Source: Eledone cirrhosa (lineage: Eukaryota). Taken from it: a DNA stretch of 64,000 bases. How positions within the stretch are numbered: the first letter of the stretch is position 1; every line of letters begins with the position of its first letter. Where the stretch lies: positions 22,330-86,329 of the forward strand of contig CAXHJY010001028.1 in the NCBI GenBank assembly GCA_964016885.1, written 5' to 3'. Positions 41,721 through 56,761 of this stretch are shown here, piece after piece. The notes beneath the pieces were generated by a model that did no database searches, was not told the DNA's origin, and saw only the letters and a list, made by a program, of their open reading frames with translations. The position numbers were made by a program, and so were the translations under genes.

Positions 41721-42044
41721 CATTGCCCCTTCCCTTCTTTCTCTGTTCCCTCCTTTGTCTTTGTCTTTATTTTATTTTATTCTAATATGATATTGTTCTT
41801 GTCTTTACTTTACCTCTACCTCTCCTCTCACCCTCTCCCACCCTCCTCTCACCCTCCTCTCAACCTTCCTGGCCGTCTTCCTATCGATCAAATTCTACCA
41901 CCAGAGTAATAACCCCCCACCACCCCACCCCTCACATATATTCATTACCTTTTATTTATTTATTTTTACTTTGTTAATTTTCTTTTGTCTAAATGTAAAA
42001 CCCTGTGTTTCTGTTAAGTAAAACCCTGCCTTAAAACACACACA

Positions 42045-42121
<77 letters not shown>

Positions 42122-42181
42122 CAATATAGATATTTTTAAATCATCATCATCGCCCTCATCATCATCCTTCTCATCATCATC

Positions 42182-42258
<77 letters not shown>

Positions 42259-42347
42259 CATCATCATCATCATCACCATCATCATCATCGTCAACATCAT
42301 CATCGTTATAAAAGAAGATCTGTTTCTCCGTCTGTCTGTCCGTCACA

Positions 42348-42474
<127 letters not shown>

Positions 42475-42536
42475 GTATATATATATATATTAATTCAAAA
42501 TATTAACAAAAATAGAACTTCTTGTGATCAAGTATA

Positions 42537-42599
42537 TTTTATTATACATATTTCAGAGGTACTGAGCTAACTTCAACAGTACGTCCTCATCAGATAAAA
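42537..42599 (-). ncRNA. Type I hammerhead ribozyme (family E), left arm
   Basis: Exact reverse complement of 42685-42747. Confidence 0.8.
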
Positions 42600-42684
42600 C
42601 AAGATGATACATGACATACCCTGACATAGTAGATGACTGGATCTTAACCATCTACTATGTCAGGGTATGTCATGCATCATCTTG

Positions 42685-42747
42685 TTTTATCTGATGAGGA
42701 CGTACTGTTGAAGTTAGCTCAGTACCTCTGAAATATGTATAATAAAA
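42685..42747 (+). ncRNA. Type I hammerhead ribozyme (family E), right arm
   Basis: ttttat-CUGAUGA-ggacgtactg ttgaagttagct cagtacctct-GAAA-tatgta-UA-ataaaa. Confidence 0.8.
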
Positions 42748-42892
42748 TATACTTGATCACAAGAAGTTCTATTTTTGTTAATATTTTGAATTAATATTAA
42801 TAACTCCGGAAAACCAATTTGTTGAGTGCTTCAAAACTATTGTAAAACTCATTCTATGATGTATTCATTGAACCTTGTTTAATCTTTAAATA

Positions 42893-42929
<37 letters not shown>

Positions 42930-43809
42930 CGTTTCTGAATTTGTTTAGCAAGATTCTTTATCTGAAAAGGTGTGTTGAAACCGATATTGTTATACTTTGG
43001 GAGGGTCATGTTGCCAATAAGAAACACACGCACCAGTTGCTTTCACTTCAATTTATTATAATAAATTTATAAATTTAGGAATTTATAAATTTCCGGTTGG
43101 TTGGTTGGTTCCACAACCAGATGGTTGTTTATATATATATATATGACCGTAGAAGGAGTGAAAAGGGGAGAAACACTGAAAAGGGGAGAAACAATGTTGC
43201 TGCTATGATATATTGTACACTCAGTAAAATGGTTAGTGATAGAAAGCGCACCCAGTCGTAGAAAACATTCCAAACGAAGGTTCCAGAAAACTTTCAAGTT
43301 CTGTCGAAGACATCATAATCTCCCATGATCTCCCTAGTGTTGGTGCCACGGTAAAAAGATCGAAGTGTATTTTGTAGAGTGGTTGGTGATAAGAAGACCA
43401 TTCAGTCGTAGAAATCTTGCTAAGCAGGAAGTCAAAAAGACTCTCCAGTTGTGTCAAAGACGTAATGACCTTTCTAGTGCTGGTGCCACGATAAAACGCA
43501 CCTACTACATTCTGTAAAATACGAGAACGTATGTAAGCGTTATGCGGGCCCCGGATAAAACGAGTCACGGGTTTTGTTCTGGTTCTTTATAGTCTGAGTT
43601 CAATCTCCGCAGAGTTCAACTTTGCACTTCATGTCTCGTTCATGTCTCGTTCTCTTTCATTTTCTCTTTTTATTCTAAAGACCCCCCCCCCCCTATCTCT
43701 TAAAGACCCCCCTTTCTCTCTTTCTCTCTCTCTGTTCTTCAGTTCGTCACTCTCTATTCGAGAGTGAACCTTTCTTTTTGTCTTTCTCTCTCGTTATTTT
43801 ACAGTTTCC

Positions 43810-43883
<74 letters not shown>

Positions 43884-44422
43884 TTCTCTTTCTCTCAATG
43901 TAAACTATTTCCTCAATACCACTCACCCCCCCAATCACCTTCCCTGCTCCCCACGATGTCTATATTACTCGACTGCACCATAAAACGCTGCTGCACTCAC
44001 CTTTCTTAACAGACGACACTATCAGTCAACATTATCGTCTGCTGTCTTTTCTAGATTGTGATGGCGTCCTTCAGGACAGACGCCATTCGTCACATATTTT
44101 GTGACGTCATTAACAGTGACAGCAGCTATTGTGCTCCAATGGTGGCTTGCGTCGAGAAACGTCAAGAAACAATGGCGGCGGGGAGGAGAGGAAAAGGAAA
44201 TGGGAGGTGGGGGAGTTAGAGAAAATGAGGGCGGTGATGTGGTGATGGTGGCGGTGGTGTAGGGGGGAGGGGTTAAAGGAACGCGACAGAAAGGCTGAGA
44301 GAGGGCGAGAGAGAAAAAGAAAAGAAGTTTTCAGCATTCGCCCTCTCTCTCTCTCCCTCTCTCTCTATCGCCCTCTCTCTCTCCCTCTCTCTCTCCCTTT
44401 CTCTCTCGCCCTCTCTCTCTCG

Positions 44423-44459
<37 letters not shown>

Positions 44460-44677
44460 CCTCTCTATCTCTCTCTATCTACCTATCTGTCTATCTATCT
44501 CTACAACAAAGAATGCTACAAGAAGAGCAATGACAGCAAATATTGTAGAAGAGGAAAGAAATGTCCAGACAGTCCTGGGTGGTGTGGGGGTTACCTACCC
44601 ACCTACCCACCACGACTCGCGTTCGTTCCTGCAACCCCTGCAGGACTACTACGACAATAGCTGCACACACAGCAAAT

Positions 44678-44785
44678 ACCACTACTACTACTACCACTAC
44701 TACTACCACTACTACTACCACTACTACTACCACCACTAATACTACTAATACTGCTATTACTACCACTACTACTACTACTACCACC

Positions 44786-44859
<74 letters not shown>

Positions 44860-45090
44860 TACTACTATTACCACCACTACTACTACTACCACCACTACTA
44901 CTACCACTACTACTATTACCACCACTACTACTACTACCACTACTACTACCACTACTACTACTACCACAACTACTACTACCACTACTACTACCACCACCAC
45001 TAATACTACCACAACTACTACTACCACTACTATTACCACAACTACTACTACTACCACTACTACTATTACCGCTACTACTACTACCACCAC
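44678..45090. repeat. (ACT/ACC)n array
   Basis: Direct inspection. Confidence 0.9.
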
Positions 45091-45471
45091 ATCGATGTCA
45101 CTACCACCACTACCACTGCCACTACTACTGCTACCACTACCTCCACATCAGTGTCACGACCACCACCTATACTGTCACCACTACAGCTACTCTAATGTCC
45201 ACCACCACTTACACCACCACCTACACCACCACCTACACCACCACCAGAGCCCATCAAATCTTCAGGTTTGAACACAACAGATTTTTACCAGAGAAAGATA
45301 GAGAAGTTAGCAAGAGATATACGTAGGAAGAATCCTGCCAACACTGGACTCGTACTTGGTACTTCTTTAGCGACCTTGGCAGGATCAAAAGGTAAAGTTG
45401 ACCTTGGCTGGATTTGAACTCAGGGAGCAGAGAGCCGTATAGAATACTGCAAAGCATTCTATCCGACCTTC

Positions 45472-45858
45472 TAACGCCACTGTCAATTCGCCGCCGCCAT
45501 ATTGAGTCTTATAACGACACTGTCTATTCGCCGCCGCCATATTGAGTCTTATAACGGCACTGTTTATTCGCCGCCGCCGCCATATTGAGTCGTATAATGA
45601 CGCTGTCAATTCACCGCCGCCGCCATATTGAGTCTTATAACTACACTCTCTATTCTCCGCCACCGCCGCCATATTGAGTCGTATAACGACACTATCTATT
45701 CACCGCCGCCGCCATATTGAGTCTTATAAAGACACTGTCAATTTACCGCCGCCGCCATATTGAGTCGTATAACGACACTATCTATTCACCGCCGCCGCCA
45801 TATTGAGTCTTATAAAGACACTGTCAATATACCACCGCCGCCATATTGAGTCTTATAA
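45472..45858. repeat. 40-46-bp minisatellite, 9 copies
   Basis: Unit cactgtc(a/t)attc(gcc)nATATTgagtcttataacga. Confidence 0.9.
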
Positions 45859-46446
45859 AACGATTTCAAAACTGGAGAAGGGTAAAGAGTACAAAACAAA
45901 CAAAACAAAGGAAGAAAAACGACTGAGAAACGTTTGAACTGAAAACATTAAGAGACGTGACTAATTAGTATCCGCCATTTTATCAACTGTGCCATCAAAC
46001 CAGAGAAGTTGGAAACCCATTGAAGATGAAATATGTTGTTAGACCGCCATTGGTAAAATATCCCCCCCCCCCCCGCCCAACATACACACATATACTCACA
46101 GACAGACAGATATTATTTGTAAATAATTCGAGTTTGATGGATTTTAGTAGTGAAAATTATGGAACAGTTTGGGTATGTTTTGATGATTGTGTGTGTGTGT
46201 GTCGGAGTGTGTGTGTATGTTTGTGTGTCTATGTTTGTGTGTGTGTCGGAGTGTGTGTGTATGTTTGTGTGTCTATGTTTGTGTGTGTGTCGGAGTGTGT
46301 GTGTATGTTTGTGTGTCTATGTTTGTGTGTGTGTCTATTTGTGTGTTTGTCTATTTCTGTATATGTCACGGCGTGGATGTGGTTGACTAGATTGGCCTTT
46401 GTATTTACGTCTCTGTGTGTGTATGTGTGTGTTAATACACACACAT

Positions 46447-46484
<38 letters not shown>

Positions 46485-46524
46485 GTGTATGTGTGTGTGT
46501 GTTAATACACACACACACACACAC

Positions 46525-46556
<32 letters not shown>

Positions 46557-46587
46557 AATAATGTACGGAATGTTTATGAGCTCCAAT

Positions 46588-46646
<59 letters not shown>

Positions 46647-46874
46647 AATACACGTTTATTTTATGAATTATCGAAGAGCTTGAAATGTGTGAGAATGTGA
46701 GAGTCCCAAACACAAAACAACAGGAATAACAATCGATCTCAACAGATAATAGTTGAAAAAATTGGTTAAATTAACTTTTAGAGTCATGTGTGGCTCTGTG
46801 TCTCTATATGTTAGTGTGTCTAGTTGCATGTGTGCGTCTGTATGTGTATATCTGTGTGTGTATGTGTATGTATA

Positions 46875-46907
<33 letters not shown>

Positions 46908-47058
46908 CCATGTGTATATGTATATGTGTGTGTGTGTGTGTATGTGTGTGTGTGGCTGCAGGCACGTACGAAAGCAAGTGTGTGATATCGTTTTGATTTA
47001 AACATCTGCTATTGATATCAAAGAACTTCTTTTTGTGTGTGTCTGTGTGTGTGTGTGC

Positions 47059-47091
<33 letters not shown>

Positions 47092-47407
47092 TGTGTGTGT
47101 GTGTGTGTGTACATGTTCTTCTGACTGTATTGTGTTTGTGTGTATTAATGCTTCTTTATGTTTGTGTCTCTGTGTTTGTTCATGTGTTAGTGTGTCTGTA
47201 TATGTATGTGTTAGAGTATGTATGTGTATGTATAAGTGTGTGTATGTTGATGTGTGTATGTGTCCTTCCAACTCCCCTGAGTAAACAATTATTTCTGCCT
47301 GAACCTCAGTGTAAAAGGCGAAAAGCCCCGTTTTTCTTTCGGGTGAGAGAACCTCCCCCGCCAACACGTCAAATCAGGTGCCGGAATACCGGATATATAT
47401 ATAGATA

Positions 47408-47471
<64 letters not shown>

Positions 47472-47513
47472 AAATCATATGATTCGTGTGTTTTTTATTG
47501 GCAACATAACCAC

Positions 47514-47576
<63 letters not shown>

Positions 47577-47814
47577 ATACCCTTTACGTGGTAACAAAGC
47601 TTATAATTCATTCCCCGTGTATTTGTTTTGTCAGTCATGTGGTGATGGTAGTGATGGTGGTAGTGGTGGTAGTGGTGGTGGCCGTGGTAGTGGTGGTGGC
47701 GGTTGTGGTGGTGGCGGTGGTAGTGGTGGTAGTGGTGGTAGTGGTGGCAATGTTAGAAACGAAGATTACGGAGCAGATGTTAATCATTTGTAGCTTATCA
47801 ACTCCCAGTAATCA

Positions 47815-48095
47815 TTTGCAACAGAACCAGAGGCTCAGTAACCATTAGCAATAGGACCAGAGGCTCAGTAAAATAGAACGAGAGCCTCAGTAACCCTTAG
47901 CAATAGAACCAGAGGTTCTATAACCATTAGCAACAGAACCAGAGGCTCAGTAACGTTTAGCAACAGAACCAGAGGCTCAGTAACCATTAGTAATATAAAC
48001 AGGGGCTCAGTAACCATTAGCAATAGAACCAGAGACGCAGTAATGTTTAGCAACAAAACCAGAGTCTCAGTAACCATCAGCAACAGAAACAGGTG
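47815..48095. repeat. 30-bp minisatellite, about 9 copies
   Basis: Unit agcaa(c/t)agaaccagaggctcagtaaccatt. Confidence 0.85.
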
Positions 48096-48384
48096 CTCAA
48101 CTCGCCAACAAGATAATCTGTATATGGTCGATCAAACTGCGAGACATAGCAGCTAAATGATTAAGTTAGTGTTTGTCCCTTTATGTTCTGAGTTCAAATC
48201 CCACGGAGATTAGCTTTGCCTTCAAACGGAACCGAGGAAACAATGTTTCCATTGAGTTTCTCCATTGCTGTTACTATCTCCCTGGCAGAACTCCTGACAG
48301 AAAGAGCAACATAAAAAAGTGTCTTGCCCCTGATCCGAGAATTGAACTCGCAAGCTCACAATTGCCACTCTATATGTATATGTC

Positions 48385-48420
<36 letters not shown>

Positions 48421-49446
48421 CATTAAGCCACGCGCTATAAGCCTGCAAATAAATATTTGTTTCCGTGTATGTATAATAATTGTAAAAACACATATATCTG
48501 TCTGTGTTTCCTAGGTAACTAAGAAAGCTACTGATAATTAAAGGGCATAGATTGAATAGAGAGGATTTGTGGGCTAAAAGGGAGATAATCCGGTCTATTG
48601 TTTAAAGCACTTCAGTTCATCTGTGACTCAGAGTATGGCAGATTACATGTGGATTAAGGACCTGTCATGTCATGACTGTTTACCGCACAGATACAATTTC
48701 TTATAGTCTTTATCTTCTCCTCAACACGACCAATGCAAATATGGCTGAATTAGTAGTAGCTCTAACATAGCTTATCTGAATTACTAACCGTCTACTGAAG
48801 TAGCTGTAGTCTGATCACACCTTAAAACATTTATAGCGAGACTCTTGTATATTTATTATACATAATATATCATATTATATATATAGTTATATACACGCTG
48901 TATATATATATATATATATTTATTATATATATATAGTATATATAGTATATATATATATATATATATTTATATATAGATATATATATATATATATTATATA
49001 GTTATATATATATATATATATAATATGCAGCTGGTTTCCCCCTGGATTGCTAATGTTTTTCGACCTGCTTGAAGTAACAGCTAAATTTCCAAAGCAACAG
49101 ATCAACAGATTCACCAACAAATCATTAATTTGATGTTGTAGCTGTGATGATAAAATAAGATTTGACTGGCTGATAAATTACTGGGGACCCTTACTGTGTA
49201 TTGATATCCTTGTCCCATGGGTTGCTTCTTGTTGTTGCTGTTGTTGTTGTTATTGTGTTGTTTGTTTGTTGTTATGTAGTGGTGGTGGGGGGGGGGCTCA
49301 TGATGTTGTTGTTGGTGTTGTTGTTATTCGTAGTGTTGGTTTCATTTTTCTATTGCAACCGTTTAGAACCCAATCAGAATGTATATATGATACACACATT
49401 ATATATATATACATATATATGTGTGTGTGCTGTGTGTGTGTATATG

Positions 49447-49495
<49 letters not shown>

Positions 49496-49523
49496 CACAC
49501 ACACACACACACAGCACACACAT

Positions 49524-49599
<76 letters not shown>

Positions 49600-50616
49600 G
49601 ATTATATATATATGTATATATTATACATATATATACATATAGTATATAATATATATATATATATATATAATATATATATAATATTATATTATATATATAT
49701 AGATATATATATATATATATAGTAAAAAATTGAACGGGCACAAAACAGAGAGGCAGTACGAACAAACGTTTAGTTAGTTTCAACGCTCTTGAGAGTGGGT
49801 GGTGGTGATGGGGAACAAATATATACATATATACATATTATATATATATACGTATATTACATACATATATAATATAATATATTATATATATGATATATAT
49901 ATATATATATATATAATATACTATATATATATATATATAATATACATATATATATATATATATAGTCAACAAACGATTAGTATCATGAATATCAATTTCC
50001 TAAAATGTTCCTAATGAGCGTCTTAGAACCAATAAATTGGTGATTATTTATTACAAATCTGGACACATTGGAAAATAGATCTTCATTCTTCTTCTCTCTT
50101 CTTCTTCTTCTCTTCTTCTTCTTCTTCTTCTTCTTCTTCTTCTTCTTCTCTCTTCTTCTTCTTCTTCTTCTTCTTCTTCTTCTTCTTCTTCTTCTTCTTC
50201 TTCTTCTTCTAATTGGGGCGTGAGTCTCGTTTTCCGTTACAACACAAGGCAGCCATATTGTTTAACTCCGAACGAGGAGTTTCCTTTCCTTTTCTTTTTG
50301 TTCTTTTATGTTATCTTAGAAACCAACAAGGAATAAGAGAATAAAATTAAGGAGGAAATAGTTGTTGGCAGTTTTACCATTTTAGTTTTAATATGTTTGG
50401 AGTTGTTGTTGTTGTTGGTGGTGGTGGTGGTGGTGGTGATGTTGCTGTTGTTGGTGGTGGTAGTGGTGGTGGTGTCATATTTTTGTTTGCTCTCGGTTTT
50501 TACTTTCTCGCTTGGTGCTGTTGTATTAAATTTCAAATTAATGATGTGATTTCTTTTGAAATATCTGGAAGACAAAACTTAATGGTTATAACAACAACAA
50601 CAACAAAAACAACAGC

Positions 50617-50659
<43 letters not shown>

Positions 50660-50689
50660 GTGACAACAACAACAACAACAACAACAACA

Positions 50690-50848
50690 ATACATAAGCT
50701 GAATTGACAGATGATTATGAATAAAATGAAAGCACAGAAGAGACAGCAACGAAAAGTAAGTCAAAGATGAAATCTAAATTGAACACCAGATCTCCACTTA
50801 CTATGGTAAGAGGATGGGCAGAAAAACCACTACATGGTCAATACCCGC
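50690..50848 (+). mobile_element. R4/Dong-type LINE internal fragment
   Basis: Translates to ...RGWAEKPLHGQYP, a motif upstream of the zinc knuckle in this clade; follows (CAA)n. Confidence 0.6.
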
Positions 50849-50849
50849 C

Positions 50850-51282
50850 TTAAGAACCTCCTGCTTCTGCCACACGTGTATACGGCCCCGGAATACTGGA
50901 ACTTCTCTACCTGCTTCAGTGGAATCCCACTCATATGTAGAGTGCGCTGCCTAGGTTTCCTTGAGAGGATAAATGTCTCAGTCTTCGCAGCGAGATGATT
51001 TTCATTCCTGCCATGTAGCACTCGGTCATAAACCTATCTAGAGTCGATTCATGTAGATCTGCTATTTCTCAGAGGTGAGAGATCACAGCTCCGATATTAC
51101 GGAGATGTGGTTAGAGTGTCGAAGCAAAGAATCGCTGGACAGATTTTATGGGCAAAACTAAAAGGCAGGAGACCGAGAAGAAGACTCCGAGCAAGATGGT
51201 TTGATAACATCCGTGAGCTCGACTGGTTTTACTTGGAGATCTAGATCCAGCCGGATCAATTGGAAACGGTTCCGACTGACAG
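50850..51282. mobile_element. RTE-like LINE remnant with an inverted 5' part
   Basis: Minus strand 50850-51010: KTETFILSRKP...LKQVEKFQY (RT thumb). Plus strand 51060-51282: SQLRYYGDVVR...GRRPRRRLRARWFDNI (RTE C-terminus). Confidence 0.65.
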
Positions 51283-51328
<46 letters not shown>

Positions 51329-51329
51329 T

Positions 51330-51838
51330 AGAAAAGTAAACAATTTACCACATTCTGAGAAGTGGTATGAGCATAAGCCAGAGTCGGTGATAGAAAACGA
51401 TCAGGTGAAGGTGCTGTGGGATTTTAGGATACAGACGGACAAGAAACTGGAACACAATAGACCTGACCTGGTGGTTTTGGACAAAGAAAAAAGATCGTAC
51501 CTGATTGTGGATGTGGCCTGCCCATTCGACACGAGAGTGCAAGAGAAGGAGAGGGAGAAAATTAACTGATACCAGGTAAAAAGGATTTGGAACTGCCATG
51601 AAGTCAAAGTGGTCTCGATTGTCATAAGCGCACTAGGTACTATCTCAAAAAGTTTCCAGGGATGGTTAAAGAAAATTGGCCCGGCCCCGCTTTTTGGAAC
51701 ACTTCAAAAGGCATGCTTGCTGGGAACAGCAAGAACCTTCCGATACGTCCTGAATATCTGAGGCTGCAGGTAGTGGCTTGATATTCATTTCAACAAACTT
51801 TCCAGTTAACTAACATCAATGACTGAGACTCAAAGAAC

Positions 51839-51897
<59 letters not shown>
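51330..51897 (+). mobile_element. 5'-truncated R4/Dong-type LINE (restriction-like endonuclease domain, 3' UTR, (TAA)n tail)
   Basis: KWYEHKPESVIENDQVKVLWDFRIQTDKKLEHNRPDLVVLDK...IVDVACPFD...EK*YQ, then ALGT and LQKACLLGTA motifs; bounded by (TAA)n at both ends. Confidence 0.9.
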
Positions 51898-51899
<2 letters not shown>

Positions 51900-52046
51900 T
51901 TTTCTTTATTAACCACAAGGGTTTACATAAAGTAGACATTAAGGACAGTACAGGACAATACAGGACGGTACAAATGGGCATTTCTGCGTGTAAAAAAAAA
52001 CAGAGGATGAAATAAAATAACAAAGAAAAATTCCCCGAGGGACATT
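51898..52046 (-). mobile_element. L1/Tx1-like LINE 3' UTR
   Basis: Reverse-complement match to 31555-31725; shares the (TAA)n tract with the Dong tail. Confidence 0.65.
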
Positions 52047-52507
52047 TGTAATAATAATAATAATAAGAAGAAGACTTACAACTATATACAACATACAGAA
52101 AATAGCAGTACTAGGTACTGTACACAGGAGGGGGGAGAAATATGTCGAATGTTTCGTCATTTCCAGAGACGCTGTTATTTACGATATGTATAGAAGGACC
52201 AGAACAACAGAGTCAAACGACATTGAAATAGGGGCCAATAGTGGTGGGGATAGGGGAGAAAAGGGACAGACGACACTCTGACAGAGGAGCAGACGACAGT
52301 GTGTGTATGTATATGTGCATGTCTGTATCTGTATGTATGTGTATGTGTATATAAGCATATATATGTATAAATATATATGTGTGTATATGTGTATATGTGT
52401 ATATATGTATATGTATATATGTGTATATGTATATATGTGTATATGTGTATACGTATATATGTATATATATGTGTATATGTATATGTGTGTGTATGTATAT
52501 GTGTATA

Positions 52508-52615
<108 letters not shown>

Positions 52616-52677
52616 GATATGTGTGTATATGTATACGTGTGTATCTATGTGTGTGAATGTGTATATGTACATGTGTA

Positions 52678-52724
<47 letters not shown>

Positions 52725-52803
52725 ATATCTGTGTATATGTATATATATGTATATATGTATATGTATATATATGTGTATATATATGTGTATATGTATATAT
52801 ATG

Positions 52804-52854
<51 letters not shown>

Positions 52855-53129
52855 GTGTGTATATATATATATATGTGTGTGTGTGTATGTGTATATCTGT
52901 CACTCTGTTTTACCCCCTCCCACCCCCTCATATATTCATGTTCACATGTAAATGTCTGACTAGGAATACGTGCATCTATTTCGCAGTCTACGCATGTTTC
53001 TATACAAACCTTATATACACAGCCGTATACACACCGAAATTGTTGAGATATTGAGAAGACTGCCGGGGAAAGGGATGTCTCCGAGATATTTTCCATTGTC
53101 TGTCCAAGTCACGTGATCTCAAATTTGGA

Positions 53130-53228
<99 letters not shown>

Positions 53229-53286
53229 CACACATACACGCACACATATATATATATATATGTATATATATATACGTATATATATA

Positions 53287-53335
<49 letters not shown>

Positions 53336-53402
53336 GTATATGTATATATATATATATATGCATATACATATATGCACATATATATATATATGTATATATA
53401 TG

Positions 53403-53454
<52 letters not shown>

Positions 53455-53863
53455 TATATATATACATATATATAAGTACATACACCTTCACAATTAACAA
53501 AAAAGAAAAATGGATGGGAAGATGGCGCTGTTTAGATTGAAAGTGTCGTGTGGTAATGACGGAGTTAATGGCGAGATGTTTGGTGAGTGTTTTTAATGGA
53601 AGGGAGAGCTTCATTTCCACTATACACATTCTCCTTCAATTATATTCCCACAGTCGGTGGTCACGGAGTTCTATAACGACAGAAGGAATTTCCTTTCCTT
53701 CCATTCCGGGAACCTCGTTGTGATGTTGTAATATGTCGCAGAGCAGTAGAACAAAATGGCGGATTTCCCGATAACTCTTTTCTCCCATTGGCGCATTTCA
53801 GGTGTCTGTGTGTGTGTGTGTGTGTGAGTTTGTGTGCTTGTGTGTGTGCTTGTGTGTGTGTGC

Positions 53864-53958
<95 letters not shown>

Positions 53959-54047
53959 GGTGTATGTATATGCTTGTTTTTCGTGAGTGCGTGTAGTTGT
54001 GTGGGTGTGCTTGTGTTTTGTACGTTAGTTTTGTGTTTGTGCGTGTG

Positions 54048-54114
<67 letters not shown>

Positions 54115-54753
54115 ATAGCTATCTTTCTCAGTCTGTCTATTATTATTTTTCTCTGTCCTATATAAACAAAATTTGCTCAAAAGAATGAAATATTACAACA
54201 TACCGACTGACTCTTTCGCTCCGTCTCTTTATCTATCAATCTATCTATCTATTAATCTATCTTCCTCTTTTCTCTGTATTTGACTATCTATCTCTCACTC
54301 TCACTATTCTCTCTCTCTCTCTCGCTCGCTCGCGCTCTCTCTCTCTCTCTCTCTCCCTATATGTCTAATTCTCTACCTCTACTTCTTTCTCTCTCCCTCC
54401 TTTACTCTAACCGCCACCTCCCTCTCACTCAATCCTACTCTCTCCCTCACCCCTCTCCTCACTTTATCCCTTATTTCGACCCATATTCGCCCCGTCTTAT
54501 CTGATCATGTAAATAAACCTCCAAGACCCACAAGTCAGTCGAAAGTAGATTATTTCAAAATCTACTCCGTACGTTTCTTTTAACTCAGAAACTTACAGCT
54601 TCGCTTCTATTCTCTCTTTTATTTTCTCTTCCAGCCCGCTGCTTCTCCCCCTCCCTCTCTCTCTCTCTCTATATATATATATGTTTCTGTCTATCTATCT
54701 ATCTCTTACACACACACATTCTCTCCTACAACACCCTTCTTCTCTCTCTCTCT

Positions 54754-54889
<136 letters not shown>

Positions 54890-55125
54890 AAACCCCCACC
54901 CACATACGTCCGCCTGTTCCATTTGAAAGCAGCCCCCTATGGATAATGCCATCACTCCAGAGATAAACTAACCCAAGATATTTATCTACAAACAGATAAG
55001 AATATTTAAGTTACAGCCAAAAGACCAACGAGAATTTGAAATTGGTTTTAAAGTATTATATAACTGCAATATTTTGTTTCTTCATTTCTTCATATGTTGT
55101 CAGTTTTGTTTAAATGTGTGTGTGT

Positions 55126-55237
<112 letters not shown>

Positions 55238-55330
55238 CGTGTGTGTGTGTATATATATATATATCTGTGTGGGTGTGTATATCTATCTATATATATATAT
55301 ATAATATATATAATATAAATATATAAATAT

Positions 55331-55437
<107 letters not shown>

Positions 55438-55470
55438 ATCTGACAAAAGACCAAAGTTAACACTCACACC

Positions 55471-55600
<130 letters not shown>

Positions 55601-55812
55601 GTATATATGTAATGTATATTCATATATATATATAGAGATTATATACATATGTATGCTTACATATATACATATACGTGTGTGTTTGTATATAGATGTATAT
55701 GTCTATATATACACTGAAACTATAAGGAATTCCAGAGGCTGATTGCAGAGAAAGGACCGACTGTGTTTTTCCTTTGTCTTTCACTTGTGTGTATGTATGT
55801 ATATATGTGTGC

Positions 55813-55859
<47 letters not shown>

Positions 55860-55988
55860 GCAAGAAAGAATATATTTTGGTAGGTAGTCTGAGTGTCATG
55901 AAGATTCCAAATTAAACGGAACTACAGATATCATCATGAAACTATGAGTATCTACGAAAACATATTATTAATAAGGTTAAAGTGTACA

Positions 55989-56039
<51 letters not shown>

Positions 56040-56050
56040 CATATATATAA

Positions 56051-56084
<34 letters not shown>

Positions 56085-56157
56085 TAAATCATGTCCTTAG
56101 AATTATTAGATAAAATATATACCATTTCCTATTACCATTTATATATATATATATATA

Positions 56158-56237
<80 letters not shown>

Positions 56238-56573
56238 AGAGTTTATATTTAATTTGTTGGGATACAACAAGCTAAATATTTTTATAACTGATATAAAGCA
56301 CTCAACAAATTATTTTCTTCGTCTCTTCTCTCAAAATTACGCTATTCTCTCTCACTAAAATATACTCAGGTGTCTCTCGTTCTTTCTTTTTTTTCCTTCG
56401 CTTTTTCTCTTTCTTTTCTTTTTTTTCCCTATTCCAACGGCTTAATTTAAATATACTGTTTTAAACCTTTCCAACACTAATTTGCATAATAAACCAACAA
56501 TAAATCTAATAACTCCACTATCCAGGAGATTTAAGGGTATGTCAATATTTATTTATAAAACTAACCTATATTA

Positions 56574-56650
56574 TATTTTATCTGATGAAAGCGCACAATA
56601 GTTTGCTTTGGTGGCCCTTGAAATATGTTTGAAATATGTATAATGAAATA
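56574..56650 (+). ncRNA. Hammerhead motif with duplicated GAAA segment (probably damaged)
   Basis: tattttat-CUGAUGA-aagcgcac...gtggccctt-GAAAtatgttt-GAAA-tatgta-UA-atgaaata. Confidence 0.6.
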
Positions 56651-56681
56651 AATATGGTTTTATAAATATAGTTTCCATTTG

Positions 56682-56761
<80 letters not shown>

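Larger units (their letters stand above)
42491..42890. mobile_element. Fold-back hammerhead element (family E) in (TA)n
   Basis: 145-bp inverted arms 42491-42635 / 42649-42793 with a 13-nt spacer. Right arm extends to about 42890. (TA)n on both sides. Confidence 0.8.

Noticed and set aside
45472-48095. Minisatellites as possible CRISPR arrays
   Set aside because: No unique spacers, no cas genes, and a eukaryotic context.
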